Notes: generated by a model from the sequence alone, not told the origin. DNA of 43,301 bases from Octopus bimaculoides (GCF_001194135.2 NC_068995.1:15861821-15905121), one strand, 5' to 3'. Counted from the first letter of the stretch, positions 9,366-22,466 are shown. Made by a program: numbers and translations.

Positions 9366-10602
9366 ATACATACACACACATAGATATCTGTGTATTTCTC
9401 TCCTTCTCTCCTTCTGGATATATATATATATATATATAGATATATTGATAGGAAGGACAACAAAAGAAAGAAAGAGACCTCGATATTTTATATATATATA
9501 TATATATGCGTATCCCAGGTAGGAAAGAAATTACTTCGTACGCAGGGATAACAGCGGTAAGATAAGTTATTTTACCCTTCTAAAACGGGAAAAATGTTGT
9601 CAGCAGACAGCCACGTGACTGTTTTGCCGAATCATCACTCTATACGGTTTATATGTTCTGGAAGATGTGCCATGATGGTATAGGTATAGGACGGTTCTCT
9701 ACGACATTTCATTCGGGGAAATGCTGGTTCTGGAATTATTTCAAAATTCCGTTTGTCGATAGCGAAAATGAGGAGGGCATAAAGAATGAACAATAATAGC
9801 AAATTTCACACACACTTACACAGAAGTGTGTGCATGCACCCACATACTATAGAAAGCATTGAAAAATAGAAGTCAAATAACGTCGTTTGAAGTGTACTTT
9901 ACGTCAAAGATATTTCTTCATATAAGCCGTTTCACGGAAAGTACAATTGCGTGAAATTTGTTCATAAGTTGGGTTCATGATATGAAAATGGTTATATACC
10001 CGTACTGTGGGTGTTCATAGTTCTATTTATATAACAATAAAGTGTCCTTTATTGTGTCGGGGAGAGCGTACGATTCAAAATTCTTTATGTTCAAAATAGA
10101 AGGCGGAAAAAAGCACAGGAGCAAGTAGTACGAGGTACACGTCCCTTTAAAGCAATCCCACGAAGTTTGGGAAAGAGTATTACAAGAGTTACCATGAATG
10201 ACAGATATGATTGTATCTAGGATAACATTTCAAGGGAATATTCGAAAGAAATAATGTGCTGGCGGCCATAGAACAAATTGTAAGCTGCCGTTTCCCTTAT
10301 TTCAGATCATCATCTTTTCATTCTTTTACATCAATAATGCATTAAGAGGAGGCAAAAATATTACAGCATCCCATTTATCTTGTAAAGGCGTTCAATCCCT
10401 CTGACAAAAGTAATCATTAATTGCAATAGAAATTTAATGAATGATTCTTATGAGGTAAAATTGCAAGTTGAGAACTATTTCGATTATTATTTGATGACAG
10501 TTGATTTTTATTGCTCAATTAACAAGCTTGGGAGAGACATAAACTTCATGAAATTTATTCCTTTCTTGAACAAGAAATCATAAGTAATGGTTCCAATCTT
10601 AC

Positions 10603-10947
10603 CTTTAGGGATAGTTCAATCGCACGATTCTTCAACTCATCTTTCTCCGTTTGGTTCCCACTGGCAGTCATTTGATCTAGAATCTGTTTGATTGTCAGAT
10701 ATGCCCACAATTTCTCTGGAATGCTTTTTACGTCTTCATCAGACAACAAGCTTTCTCTTCTGCCTTCATCAGACAATTGGAGCGCTTCAGTTGTTTCTCC
10801 AATATCAACATCGCCAGAACTTGTGGTGCCAACAATGTTCCATGTAATTCTTGAAGCGTCCTTATCTGTCAGTTTCCCAACTATTACCGCTTCTGTACCG
10901 TTGAAATATCTGTGGAACACATCATTGGTTAGCGTATCGTTATCAAC
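10603..10947 (-). CDS. ITIH: ITIH-like post-vWA exon, duplicate (copy A)
   Basis: Acceptor ttatag|GTT, donor AAG|GTAAGA, 345 nt, open; about 21 substitutions versus 32639-32983. Expression unknown. Confidence 0.75.
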
Positions 10948-11434
10948 CTATAATTAAGGGAGAAATAAGTGTGCCGTATATTCTGAAACAATACTGAAGG
11001 ATATATCGGAATGCTCCAGACCAGCTCCAGCCAAATATTCTTGGAGAGAATTTACTAACTGTAAATAGTGCAGCCAGAATGATACACTCTGTTTCTAAAT
11101 ATATTGACGGATTGTCTCTAAAGATAGCCATAGGCGCTTTCAAGAAAATAATGTCACTAGAATATGCAAATATCACGGTGGTGCATCAGCATGGCCGCAG
11201 CTCTGAGCTGAAACTTTGAAAAGAAAAATATTGAAACTGAATTCCCATACAATATTTAACTGCCTTGAACATTATTATTATATTTCAAGAGATTTTTCTA
11301 AACGAGGGCAATATAGGCAGGTATTTATGATGTAACTAGTTCATACTTTAAGAATGGAAAATCTTAAATAAATACTAACAACATGAACATTAAATATGAT
11401 AATATGAATAATATAAAATCCATGATCGACGTAC

Positions 11435-11515
11435 ATTACCAAAGTATTTGAATTTTACATCTGTCATCAATGCAGCAGAAATTTCGTTGTAAAAATTCTT
11501 GAGCTGGAGAGCAGC
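11435..11515 (-). pseudogene. ITIH: 3' remnant of the second vWA exon (copy A), fused to a Helitron helicase fragment
   Basis: AALQLKNFYNEISAALMTDVKFKYFGN followed by the same donor AAT|GTACGT as 33587. The last 44 nt are identical to copy B. The 5' three-quarters of the exon and its acceptor are absent. Confidence 0.85.
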
Positions 11516-11980
11516 TCGCACGTTAGTATTGAAGGAGAATTTCAGTACTTTATTCCATACGTTTCAAAATTTAATGCATGCTTTTATTCCATCAGATTTT
11601 GTCCGTCTCAGAATGAATGGTAATGTCTGTCTGAAGTCTCCTGATGAAACTAATGTAACTCCTCCCATAAATTTATTGTTGCATCTGATGTCCTGTAAGG
11701 TCTTACCAAGAGCTTCTATTGCACCTCTATGTGACATGGTGCATTCATCCCGAATGATAAGGTGGCATTGGCACAACACTTCTGCTGAACCTGAATCTTT
11801 GCTTATATTACAAATTTGACTGTTACTTGTGACCAGGTTTAGTGGTAATTTAACAACAGAATGAGCATGAGTTGTTTGTCCTCTTGGGAGAATATTGGCA
11901 GCAAAGCCAAGCAATAGTACAGCAACTGCAATTTATTTGTTGGCTTAGCTTGGAGAGAAGCAATGTTACAAATGTTTTAT
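11516..11980 (-). mobile_element. Helitron RepHel PIF1-like helicase fragment (decayed)
   Basis: KTFVTLLLSKL..IAVAV..GFAANILPRGQT..HS..KLPL..CNISKDS..LIIRDECTMSH..EALGKTLQDIR..MGGVTLVSSGDFRQTLP..ACIK*NVW..NTNVR parallels Helitron helicase motifs (IAATLLPGGRTAHS, WDECTM, GDFRQTLP, TNMR). Confidence 0.92.
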
Positions 11981-12149
11981 ATAACATCAGAGGGTGAGAG
12001 AGAGAGAGAGCGAGTGCTACTTAGAGATCACTCTCTCTCTCTTACACACACATACATACAAAAAGATGTATGCACATGTATTACGTATATATGACAACAC
12101 ACATCTTGGTTTACAAGATTCTTTATTTGAGTTCACGATTTGAAGCATA

Positions 12150-14245
12150 TTCTGTTGTGTCTCGGTAGTCATTCTATTTTAGTGCCTTATAATTTAACAC
12201 ATTCACCGGTAAATTTTCCACTCATTTACTTAGTTATTTTTCTAAAAAATTTTGTTGCGTCTTGCAACCTTTTCAATGCTTGAAGACTCTGTATGTTATT
12301 CAAACTGCGTTCTTTTGGTTTGTTTGTGAGCATTTGTGTGGGTCAGTGAGTGTGCACGAATACACATGTATGTATGTTTGTATGTATGTATGTATGTATG
12401 TATGTATGTATGTTTGTATGTATGTATACATGCATGTAAGTGTGTGTATGTATGTATGTGTATGAATATTTAGACGACTATGACCTGAGTAGATTTTTGC
12501 CCCACCAGGTCACAGAGGGGAAGACCATCCACCATCACCTCAGCAGTGAAGAAAAGCACCGCAGAGCGCTGGAATGGCAGGACCGTACCCGCCCAAGACC
12601 CTGAAATCAACAATCAGGAGAAAAGAATGATTGCACAAGAAAATATGTATGCATAAGAACCACCTTGAGGAACCACATAGTAAAGTTTAACAAGAAACTC
12701 TATATGCAGATTCAAGGTGCTGTCATTGGTGTCGGTGTAGCTGGAGATGCGGGCGGCTTCTTCATGACCTAGTGGGACAAAAAACTTAAGCAATCCTTAG
12801 CAGAATAATCCGCAACTTTTCTCCTTTACAGTAGGTATGTAGATGAGATTAATATTCTAGTTGAGACCAACTCTAGTAACGGTTATGTAGAAACCGAGAG
12901 GAGCATAATGGAGAGCATCCAGCACATACCTACCTACATCCACCAAAGTACCATGATAACTATAGATTAACCAACTAGGCACCCTAACAATACACTCCCC
13001 GTCCTTGATACTGAACTTTGGTTAGAGACAGTGAACAACAGAGTGCAACTCCTTCACTCTTATTACATGAAACCCATAGCTTCGAAATATGTTGTTCACA
13101 AGTACTCAGCATTTGTCACACAACATGAAAATTAACATAGTGATAGCAGACTTGTTAGGATAATGAACAACGTGTCTCTACTATGCAAACCCCATGAAAC
13201 GAAGAAACATGTACAGAACCTCATGTAATGTGCCTGTTCTAGATATAGAAGCAAAGAATGGAAAAGGATACAAAGATCTTATGAGAAATCAAACATGGTG
13301 AACATGTGGTATAAACCGATAAATATCTAGGATTGATGTTTGTAGAGGCTACAGTCCATAGACAGCGAGCCCGTAGATTTTGGAAAACTCTGAAAGAGAC
13401 TAAAACTCAAAATTAAGGTTTTTGAAAAATCAGAGAATTCTATTAGACCACCACTATGTAGGACGTACATTTTGAGAATACCATATGCACAGTTGATTAC
13501 TGCATGGTATGTAGGATTAGATCTGACATTAACTGGACAACTAGAAATGTAGTCTACAGCATAAAATGCATAGACGGTACTTGGAAAGACATGAAAATGA
13601 TATACATAGTGAGATATCTAGGAGCATTGTGGAACGACTAAATGAGCATTTGAGACAATATGACGACAAAAAAACAGTCCTCCATACTCTACCAACATGC
13701 CAAGGACCAACATGAAGTCAACCTGGGTCAACTTGACATCCGCATTTTACCAAGCATCCGAAGGACCCAACACTCAGACAAATACAGGAGTACATCATCA
13801 TAAATAAAACATCCCCAGTACTAAATAGGATATATACTCAGTAGATAATCATACCTCCATAACTAGAGTTTATATTTATATACAGGTAGAATAGTTAGTG
13901 GGCTGTTATGTAGATGTATGTATGTGGGCGCGTGTGTGTGCGTATGTATATGTATATGCACATGTATGTAGGCAAATACATAGGAAAGTAAAGAGATAGA
14001 TATACTGACGGATAGGTACATAGGTAATATGAACAGACAAGCACACATACACACATATGCAAATGAAGTCTGAAACACATAGCCATATGCACACCCGCTT
14101 CACTTCACAATAAGGCACATATGGAGAAAGACGTTTACAGATATTGAGACAGAACATCCACACATACAGACACAGTACATCGTCCAAAAAAATCCCAAAG
14201 ACACTCACACTCAAACATGCACACACAAGGATACAGATGTACACA

Positions 14246-14300
<55 letters not shown>

Positions 14301-14442
14301 AAAAACACACGAATGCGAACACACAAACACATGAATATGCAGAATACATACAAACGTACACACATACACACATATATATACTTACGCACACACACTTAAA
14401 TATATGCATGCATACACTTACATGCATACATACATTTCTACA

Positions 14443-14476
<34 letters not shown>

Positions 14477-14690
14477 CATACATACATACATGTGTATGCG
14501 CGCAGACACACTGACCCACACAAATGCGCATGAACAAACAAAACGAACGCACCTTGAATAACGGATAGAGTCAACAACTATTCAAAAGGTTGCAAGACGC
14601 AACGAAAATTTTAGAAAAATAAATGAATGGAAATTTTACCGGTAAGTGTGTTAAATTAGAATGACTCTCCCCAGACACAAGAGTATATAT
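12150..14690. repeat. About 300-bp inverted repeats (12150-12470 and 14390-14690) bracketing the Penelope relic
   Basis: ttgcgtcttgcaaccttttcaat versus ttcaaaaggttgcaagacgcaa; catttgtgtgggtcagtg versus cactgacccacacaaatg; TATG versus CATA microsatellites in matching positions. Confidence 0.85.
12480..13850 (+). mobile_element. Penelope-like retroelement relic (RT plus GIY-YIG)
   Basis: Frameshifted fragments FNKKLYMQIQGAVIG...FMT*WD, LLYSRYVDEI, HPNNTLPVLDTELW, YYMKPIASKYVVH, TTRNVVYSIKC, ERLNEHL, LRQIQEYIII..PVLN occur in the order expected for PLE RT and endonuclease. Confidence 0.85.
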
Positions 14691-14720
14691 ATATATACGC
14701 ACACACGCGCACACATATAT

Positions 14721-14757
<37 letters not shown>

Positions 14758-15036
14758 ATGTTATATTGTGTGTGGGGAGATCCATTCTCTTTTAGTGCCT
14801 TATTATTTAACACACTCACCGGTTCGATTTCCACTCGATTTCTAAAATTTTTCGTTTCCTCTTGTAACATTTTCAATACCGACCAAACATGCTTCAGCCC
14901 ACGAATTCACATAACGAATCTTGTAAAGCAAATACAAAAACGAACCTTATATGTATGTATGCATATATNNNNNNNNNNNNNNNNNNNNNNNNNNNNNNNN
15001 NNNNNNNNNNNNNNNNNNNNNNNNNNNNNNNNNNNN

Positions 15037-15069
<33 letters not shown>

Positions 15070-15464
15070 CACATATACATATATATATATATGTGTCTCT
15101 CTCTATATATATGTATATATATACGTAGATATACTATATATATGTGCATGTAAATATGTGTGTATATGTGTGTTTAGAGAGAGGAGTATGTTTATGGTGC
15201 TGAATAAACGACAGACTAACCTTTGCATTCATTAGATAAAAAAACATTAAGATGCTAAGGTACAGCCTCTTCATTAGCTTCTTCATTGGTTCTATATCAG
15301 GCTGTCAAAAGGAAAAATAAAGTCGAAGTGATACTATTCATTCAGGTTTCTCCACTTTATACGCTATTTTCTAACACATGTATTTCAGTGAGGATATAAA
15401 CAAATATGTGCATATGTAGTTTAGTGAGGGTACATATGCATCACTTATATACATACGAATAAGG

Positions 15465-15518
<54 letters not shown>

Positions 15519-16481
15519 ACACAGACACACACACACACACAGACACACACCCACACACACACCCACACACTTATGCATATATATTTATATTCATATCTAC
15601 TTTCTTGCGCGCGTGAATACTGATATGTGTAAGGAAACACGTGATCAAGCACCGAGTTAAACAGACACACACACATACACAGAAGTCAGGCAGGCAAATC
15701 GTCACCGCACAGCACAGACCGTCGCAGACACTGCGACGCACACAAATCTCCTACACACATTCCATGATATACAAACACACACTCGCAAGAGGACCTAACG
15801 ATGTTACTATGGCTCTCACCCTCTCAGATCCTGGTGCAGTTTAAAATTACTAACCCTTTTAGAATTAGGCCACTTTTCAGGTTTCCTTCCGTTATTTTAT
15901 ATGTCTTTTTATTTAAGTCTTCCACCATGTGCGTTAACATTGCAACAGAGCATTACGTCACGCCATTTCAGATAAAAGTCACATCATACATCTTCAAAAA
16001 CTAATGATGATAGTAATTATCATTTCTTCTTTTTACTATAGGCACAAGGTCTGAATTTTACTGTTGTGTGGTCACATTGATTTTAAAAGCTGATATAAGT
16101 AAACCGATTTCTAAGGAATTGGCCGCGCCGTTTGAAAGAGAACCCGCGATTTCATTGGCACTAATTTGTTTTTGTTGTTGTTTGCCCAGAACAAGCAGAT
16201 CAAATGCATCAAATGCATCAAACGCATTCCACTTCTCTGAAAACCAAACTATCCAATACATGATTTTCTATTCTAAGACATAAAGTTGCAATTTGAGGGA
16301 GATTTCGTTGATAATTCTTGACCACGTGAAAATGCCCCCCGTTTTATTGACTTCCTGATGTATATAAAACAATGTTGATTCCGATGGGAAATGATCTCTG
16401 AATGCAGTGTGAGGAATAAAATTACTGTTAATCAGTTGACCAGCGCTCTATTATTTCTACTACAATTACATCGTTATTTCA

Positions 16482-16690
16482 TGGCGACGAGCTGGCAGAA
16501 AACTTAGCATACTGGGCGAAATGCATGCTGTATTCCGTCTGTCTTTATGTTCTGAGTTCAAATTCCGTCGAGGTTGAATTTCTCTTTCGGGATTGATAAA
16601 TTAAGTACCAGTTGCGTATTGGGATCGCTTTTAATCGATTGGCCCCTCCCGCAGAATTCTGGACTTCGTGACTAGAGTAGAAAAGCATTA
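16482..16690 (+). mobile_element. tRNA-derived SINE, family 1
   Basis: gagctggcagaa...ctgagttcaaattcc...gataaattaagtaccagttg, shared with 1921-2093. Confidence 0.75.
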
Positions 16691-18329
16691 CATCTATATT
16701 TTAATAAGAATAATTATTTCTAAGAAAAATGTAGGGTCTGGAATTTGTGGATGATAGGTCAGTGGATTAAATTCACCCTAATGCTTAGATGATGATTTTT
16801 TTAACTACCTCCAAAAGATGAAAAGCGGAGTAACATAGACATAGAACAAATACCACGAAAGACTTTTTGGGAAGTTCTAAAGCTTTTGCTAATCAATCGC
16901 CCTTGTTTAATCAAGAATGGCAATGATAAATGTCTCTTTTCTAAAGGACAAGACGAAGGAATTTTTTTATAAGTAGTTTTTACTATTCTCTCCACTTCTC
17001 TCTTTTCGGAATTGACTGTGAAATGGTGGAGAAGTGGATCCACTCTCACTTATTTATACCCCGAAAATCTGCCTCTGTCGCTCAAGGCTTTTGGCAGATT
17101 CCATGGAAATAGGTACCAACGAGTCAAATAATGGATGTAAACATCATTTTAGATTTGATAAATATTTATTCATTTCCGAGCCGAGTACACAATATCAGAA
17201 AGCCTCTTTCGAAATTATTTGCCGTCTACAATGATGGCATTGAAAGTCTCAGCTGAAATTCATAGCTGCTTACTTAAGAAGTTTCCTATCCCGTCTTTTT
17301 CTAGGCAAATCTGAAAGGAGTCGCTTTGCTTTTTAGTGTCAAGAAACAGTATTTAAACCAAGGATGTACAGAGACGAAGTGGGTACCGTAAGTTATCACA
17401 ACAGATGCTCTAACAGTCATTTGTGCCGCCGCTCTTGATGGACCTATCTATCAATCTAGAAAGGGAGAAAGGCAAATTTATGCTAGATACGATTAGAATT
17501 CACAAAGCGGAGTGCAGAACAAATCCTGGAAAGAATTCTCTCCAACTCCTTAGCAACTCTGCCAATTCGATGACATAAATATTGGTTAAAAAGCCTTTAA
17601 GAAATAGTTCCTAAATAACTATTAATACTGGCTTTTAACCTTGTGAGACTTGGATGTATTTGAATATATCAACAAAATGAACATTGGTACCATTTCAGCC
17701 CAGAGCATAAAAACCCGATTGCAGATGGTCGTTATCGTATCGTTTCTTTTGTTTCAATGTACTGTAAATAACTAATAGAATGGCTTCCATCAGTTGGGCT
17801 CCGTTTTTTCGCCAGACTAGTTAGAGCGGTCGACGACATATCTGTCGACATTTGCTCGGGCGCTTTACGATTTGAGTTCAAGTCGCAATAACTTTGGACT
17901 CTCTTTTTCCTGAAGAGGGAGTTGATGAAATAAATGCTACTGAAGCCAAAGGGGTGACCGATATGATCGATTATGTTCCTTTTCCCATGTATTCGTTTAT
18001 TCATTTCAGCCCTTAGGTTGCGACCATGCTGGAGCACCGCCAGGTTTCTTGCCTATCTTATAAAATCAATAATTCATTAACGACTGACATAACGCTTTCA
18101 TTGCTGATTTCTCAATCTCGTTCGTTTGGGGTCACTATTGAAAGAGGGTTTGATATGCCTATTTCTCTGCAATATTTCTTGCATTCCGTGTATAAAACTA
18201 TTTCTGCGATACACGTTACTTAGTTCTTGGTTACATTCAGAAAAATTCGCTCTGGGACAGTTACCTGATTCGACATAAATTCCTCTCTTCCTACTACAAG
18301 CCTTGAAGAAAGTAAAAGGAGGTTCATAG

Positions 18330-18855
18330 GCGCAGGAGTGGCTGTGTGGTAAGTAGCTTGCTTACCAACCACATGGTTCCGGGGTCAGTCCGACTACATG
18401 AAACCTTGGGCAAGTGTCTTCTACTATAGCCTCGGCACGACCAAAGCCTTGTGAGTGGATTTGCTAGACGGAAACTGAAAGACGCCCGTCGTATATATGT
18501 ATATATNNNNNNNNNNNNNNNNNNNNNNNNNNNNNNNNNNNNNNNNNNNNNNNNNNNNNNNNNNNNNNNNNNNNNNNNNNNNNNNNNNNNNNNNNNNNNN
18601 NNNNNNNNNNNTGTGTGTGTGTGTGTGTGTTTGTATGTCTATGTTTGTCCCCCCAAACATCGCTTGACAACCGATGCTGGTGTGTTTACGTCCCCTTCAC
18701 TTAGCGGTTCAGCAAAAGTCACCGATAGAATAAGTACTAGGCTTACAAAGAATAAGTCATGGGCCGATTTACTCGACTAAAGGCGGTGTTCCAGCATAGC
18801 TGCCGTCAAATGACTGAAACAAGTAAAAGAGAAAGAGAGAGAGAGAGAGAGAGCG
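18330..18855 (+). mobile_element. tRNA-derived SINE, family 2 (internal TA/TG microsatellite, AG tail); absent from copy A
   Basis: ggagtggctgtgtggtaag...ccttgggcaagtgtcttc...gagtggatttg...gaaactgaaag, then catcgcttgacaaccg...tgactgaaac. The empty site ggttcatagacactg is at 3770-3784. Confidence 0.85.
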
Positions 18856-19809
18856 ACACTGTTTTTCTATCCATGAGAACTGATAATATCGGTAATTACT
18901 CGATCAAAGGTCTATTTCAAAGATGAGTTGTTTGATTTCCTTTGATGAACACCGTTCTCAGAGAATATTTAAGCAGTGCGAATTCTTCTATAAACTTACC
19001 CTGCATCCATTCTACGAAGCTGTTTCGACTGCGCTTATTAGTGTCAATATATTAGAAGTCAAAAGTTATCGATCTCAAATATGAGCTTGTATGGTCTAGT
19101 TTCTTTCTTACCCTCATGCAAGAATTCATAAGAAATATAGATAATCAAATCGCACCGTGGTTAAATTTACCATTCCTCCTTTAGAGGCCGATAAAATAAA
19201 GCACCAGTCAGGTTACTAAAGTCAATATAACAAGAATTACTCTTATTTTTCTATTTTTCAGCCGTTACTTTTCCTTTATTTCTTCTGCTTCGGAATTGAG
19301 CTGTGCCTCTTAATGAAATTAATTTCCATTTGGGTAGATACGGAACTTGGTATCTATGTGTCTTTGTTACAGAAACATCCCTGCGATAGCAAGAGGATTG
19401 CTTCATGTTGGGTATTCTGGTAATATGTAGACACTGACATTTTCAACATTAATATATTATTAGTATATTCCTGTTTCCGAGTCATGAGTACCAGACATGA
19501 AGAAAACTACTAAATACTTGCATGTATTGAAAGGAAACGAGATAACCATTTGTTACTCTCAAATAATACTTAGTAGCAATTAGTAATAAAACTTCAGAGG
19601 ACGGAAAATTCAGTCGAAGCGATCAGTACTTGAGTGCTTCGTATTGTATTGACGCAGGAAAGATGACAGCCGAAAATAACTTTTCTTATAAGATTGAGCG
19701 TAGAGTCTATCCAAAGCTCCACTAGTTCTGTTAATCCGTCACCTTTTACAAATAACGAACAATTGAAATAACATGTTCCAGTGAAATGTTGAATTAATAC
19801 ATTCAGAAC

Positions 19810-19980
19810 TATTTCATCTGTCGTTACGTTCTGAGTTCAAATTCCGCCGAGGTCGATTTTGCTTTTTATCCTTTCGTGGTCGATAAGTTAAGTACTTGTT
19901 GCGTACTAGGGTCAATATAATCGACTGGCCGCCTTCCCCAAAATCTCCGGCCTTGTGCTTAGAGTAGGAAAGAATCTACT
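19810..19980 (+). mobile_element. SINE family 1, 5'-truncated
   Basis: ctgagttcaaattccgccgaggtcga...taagtacttg...ggccttgtgc. Confidence 0.7.
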
Positions 19981-21014
19981 CAAAACTTGCTAATGAATTA
20001 TTTTATTTGAAAAAATTATATAAAATGTGGATCTTTAAAATGCACAATGATCGTAAAATCTGTGAACAAAAAATATAACTTGTTAAGCAAAAGATATTTA
20101 TTTGGGTGAACGTTTTAGTCACACATGGGTATATAATTGACGGTCCTTAAAGATATGAAAATATTGATCAAATTAAACGTAAATTTATGATTTAGTTCAA
20201 AACAAGCTTATCAATGTCTATCTTCCAGCATGGGATCAGAGTATTCATTAAACCTGGTTTAAGTTGCAGGAATGTGTGAACAGATCGCTTGTAATGTTTT
20301 CTCGGTTTCGTAACTTTCAACCTTGCTTCGGTTTTATCTTTTGAAGTTTTGTGTTCCTTCATAAGGTGACCCGTCATTGCAATGAAACGACCTATCATAA
20401 TACAAGAAATATATCTTAATATATTCAGGTGGTTTATAAAAAAGAAATGAATCAAATAAAACGAAATCTAGTCATAAGAATCGAAAGACAAGATAAGATG
20501 TTTAGAGACAGACATACAGCAGTAGATAGAAAGAGGGAGGGAGGAGATGGGGAAAGAGAGAGAGAGAGAAAGAGGGTGAATAAAAACGTATTTAGTATTA
20601 TTCTTGTGCAATCTTTATTCATTGAAATGTTGCATCTTCAGAGATTTAAAATTCAAAAAATAATAAATAAATAAATAAACGTACACTGACCGAAAGTGTG
20701 TCAAGATATAACGATATTTGGACATCTTCAGAGTTATGAAATGCTGAGAAATAACACCAGATTGTTCTTACACTATTTTACATACAATCATACGCAATGT
20801 TTTCGCGTGCGTCGATCGAACCGCTTTCGGGTACGCGGTAACGACATGATGTTACAATAAGGAAGAAACAATGATGTCTCTCGCTCCGAATGGGACCTGG
20901 TACGAGTTATCGCGCTCGTCTATGGCTTCTGAGAATATATATTTCTTAAGATTATAAGCGCTGCCTACCCACCAATTAGCAAAACATATATATTTGGGGT
21001 GTGTATGTATGTGT

Positions 21015-21339
21015 GAAGGCGCATGGATCAATGTTTAGAGCGTCGTGCTTACGCTTGTGAGGTTGTTATTTCGATTCGCGGACCGGGCTGCGTGTTGTGT
21101 TCTTGAGCAAGAAACTTTATTTCACGTGGTTGCACTTCACTCAGCTGTAGAAATGAGTTGCGACGTCACTGGTGCCAAGCTGCATCGGATTGTACCTTTC
21201 CCTTGGGTAATGTCGGTGACGTGGAGAGGGAAGTTTGGTATGCATCGGCAACTGGTGTATTCCATAAACCACATTGCCCGGACTTGTGCCGCGGAGGCTA
21301 AATTAGTCATCCCATAGTCATTCATAACCGAAGGGGGTC

Positions 21340-21345
<6 letters not shown>
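21015..21345 (+). mobile_element. tRNA-derived SINE, family 3
   Basis: tRNA-like head followed by tgtgttcttgagcaagaaacttta core; ends in (TA)n. Confidence 0.6.
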
Positions 21346-21398
<53 letters not shown>

Positions 21399-21906
21399 TA
21401 GTATCCTAGATGTATTCAGCAATCAAGGGAGAAAACTCAATAAGTTCAACCTGATACCTTTTTAAATGATCGACAAATAGAGAGACAGAGATATAATATG
21501 GAGGTTAATACAGTGAACCGCGTCTTCCTGAATCTTCGACTAGAGAACTTAAAGAGTGCCATAATTGTATCATGTGCAATACTCATTCCTTTCTTTAATT
21601 TTAATGAAATATTTTTCCTTGCAATATATCTAATTAAAATTTGGACCTTAAACCATGCTGAAAATTTCTAAAAAGATAGAAAAGTTGTGCTATTCATGAT
21701 TATCATGCACTCAAAATCCTAGAATCGTCCTAAGAGATTTAAGAGAAATAAAATTTAAGAGCTTGTGCATTATCATCTATCTCGTATTCCTTAATTTTCA
21801 ATTCTAATTTCTAGTCTTATCTCGTGTTGCAGGTATTGCTTAACGAATCTGCTAGCCATTTAAAAAATCTGTTAACCATTTTAAAACGAATCTGTTAACC
21901 ATTTTA

Positions 21907-21937
<31 letters not shown>

Positions 21938-22362
21938 TACAAGTTTATATTAATAATGAGCAAATATATAAACACACTAGTGTCGTTTTCGATGATAATT
22001 TTTCAGATGTTCAATCAACTGAATGATCTGTTTATGGATTCATCGCAAATGTGAATGAGGTTTCCTGTAATCCGCAGACAAAGCATAATCAGAATGATAC
22101 TGCATGTAGCAAGGCAGTATCTTTCGAGAGATACCTACAAAGATTAGTATAATCTCAGGGCTATATTAAAATACATTTTCCCATAAAACTTGAACGTACT
22201 ATCGAACTCGGACTAAATATTCGCGAAGAGACCTTTTGTAACCACTTGCGCATAATGTACATCTTACTACCACTTTAGCAGAGTGTATATACACATATTT
22301 GTACATATGTGTACACACTTGCGCATACGCACACACACTCACACAAACACACACACACACAC

Positions 22363-22404
<42 letters not shown>

Positions 22405-22466
22405 CATATGCATGCGTGTGTGTATATACATACATACATATATATATNNNNNNNNNNNNNCATTTA

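Larger units (their letters stand above)
160..11515. repeat. Tandem segmental duplication, copy A (left end runs off the window)
   Basis: Collinear same-orientation matches: 160-430/14760-14950, 1030-1900/15130-15950, 2900-4760/17485-20490, 4770-5570/23220-24000, 5931-6050/26491-26600, 6510-7880/27050-28450, 8785-8990/29640-29850, 10200-11515/32260-33667. Confidence 0.95.

Noticed and set aside
9541-9560. GCAGGGATAACAGCG resembling mitochondrial 16S rRNA or an I-SceI site
   Set aside because: Only about 15 nt match and the flanks do not continue the rRNA sequence, so it is not a supportable NUMT.
10943-11176. Intronic ORFs 10943-11176, 32990-33283, 33186-33404 and 33205-33411
   Set aside because: They lie inside a phase-consistent intron, are not conserved in frame between copies, and show no recognisable motif.
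11174-11225. 52-nt insertion in copy A with an AAATAT target-site duplication
   Set aside because: Ordinary 5'-truncated SINE tail; useful only as a marker of independent evolution of the copies.
16195-16225. Short tandem repeats (9-mer x3 here, about 21-mer x3 at 21845-21905, about 30-mer x2 at 27175-27235)
   Set aside because: Slippage products with no unique spacers; no CRISPR-like array is present in the window.
16805-16970. Plus-strand open stretch LPPKDEKRS...KTFWEVLKLLLINRP
   Set aside because: No convincing family match or splice signals, and no second copy for comparison.
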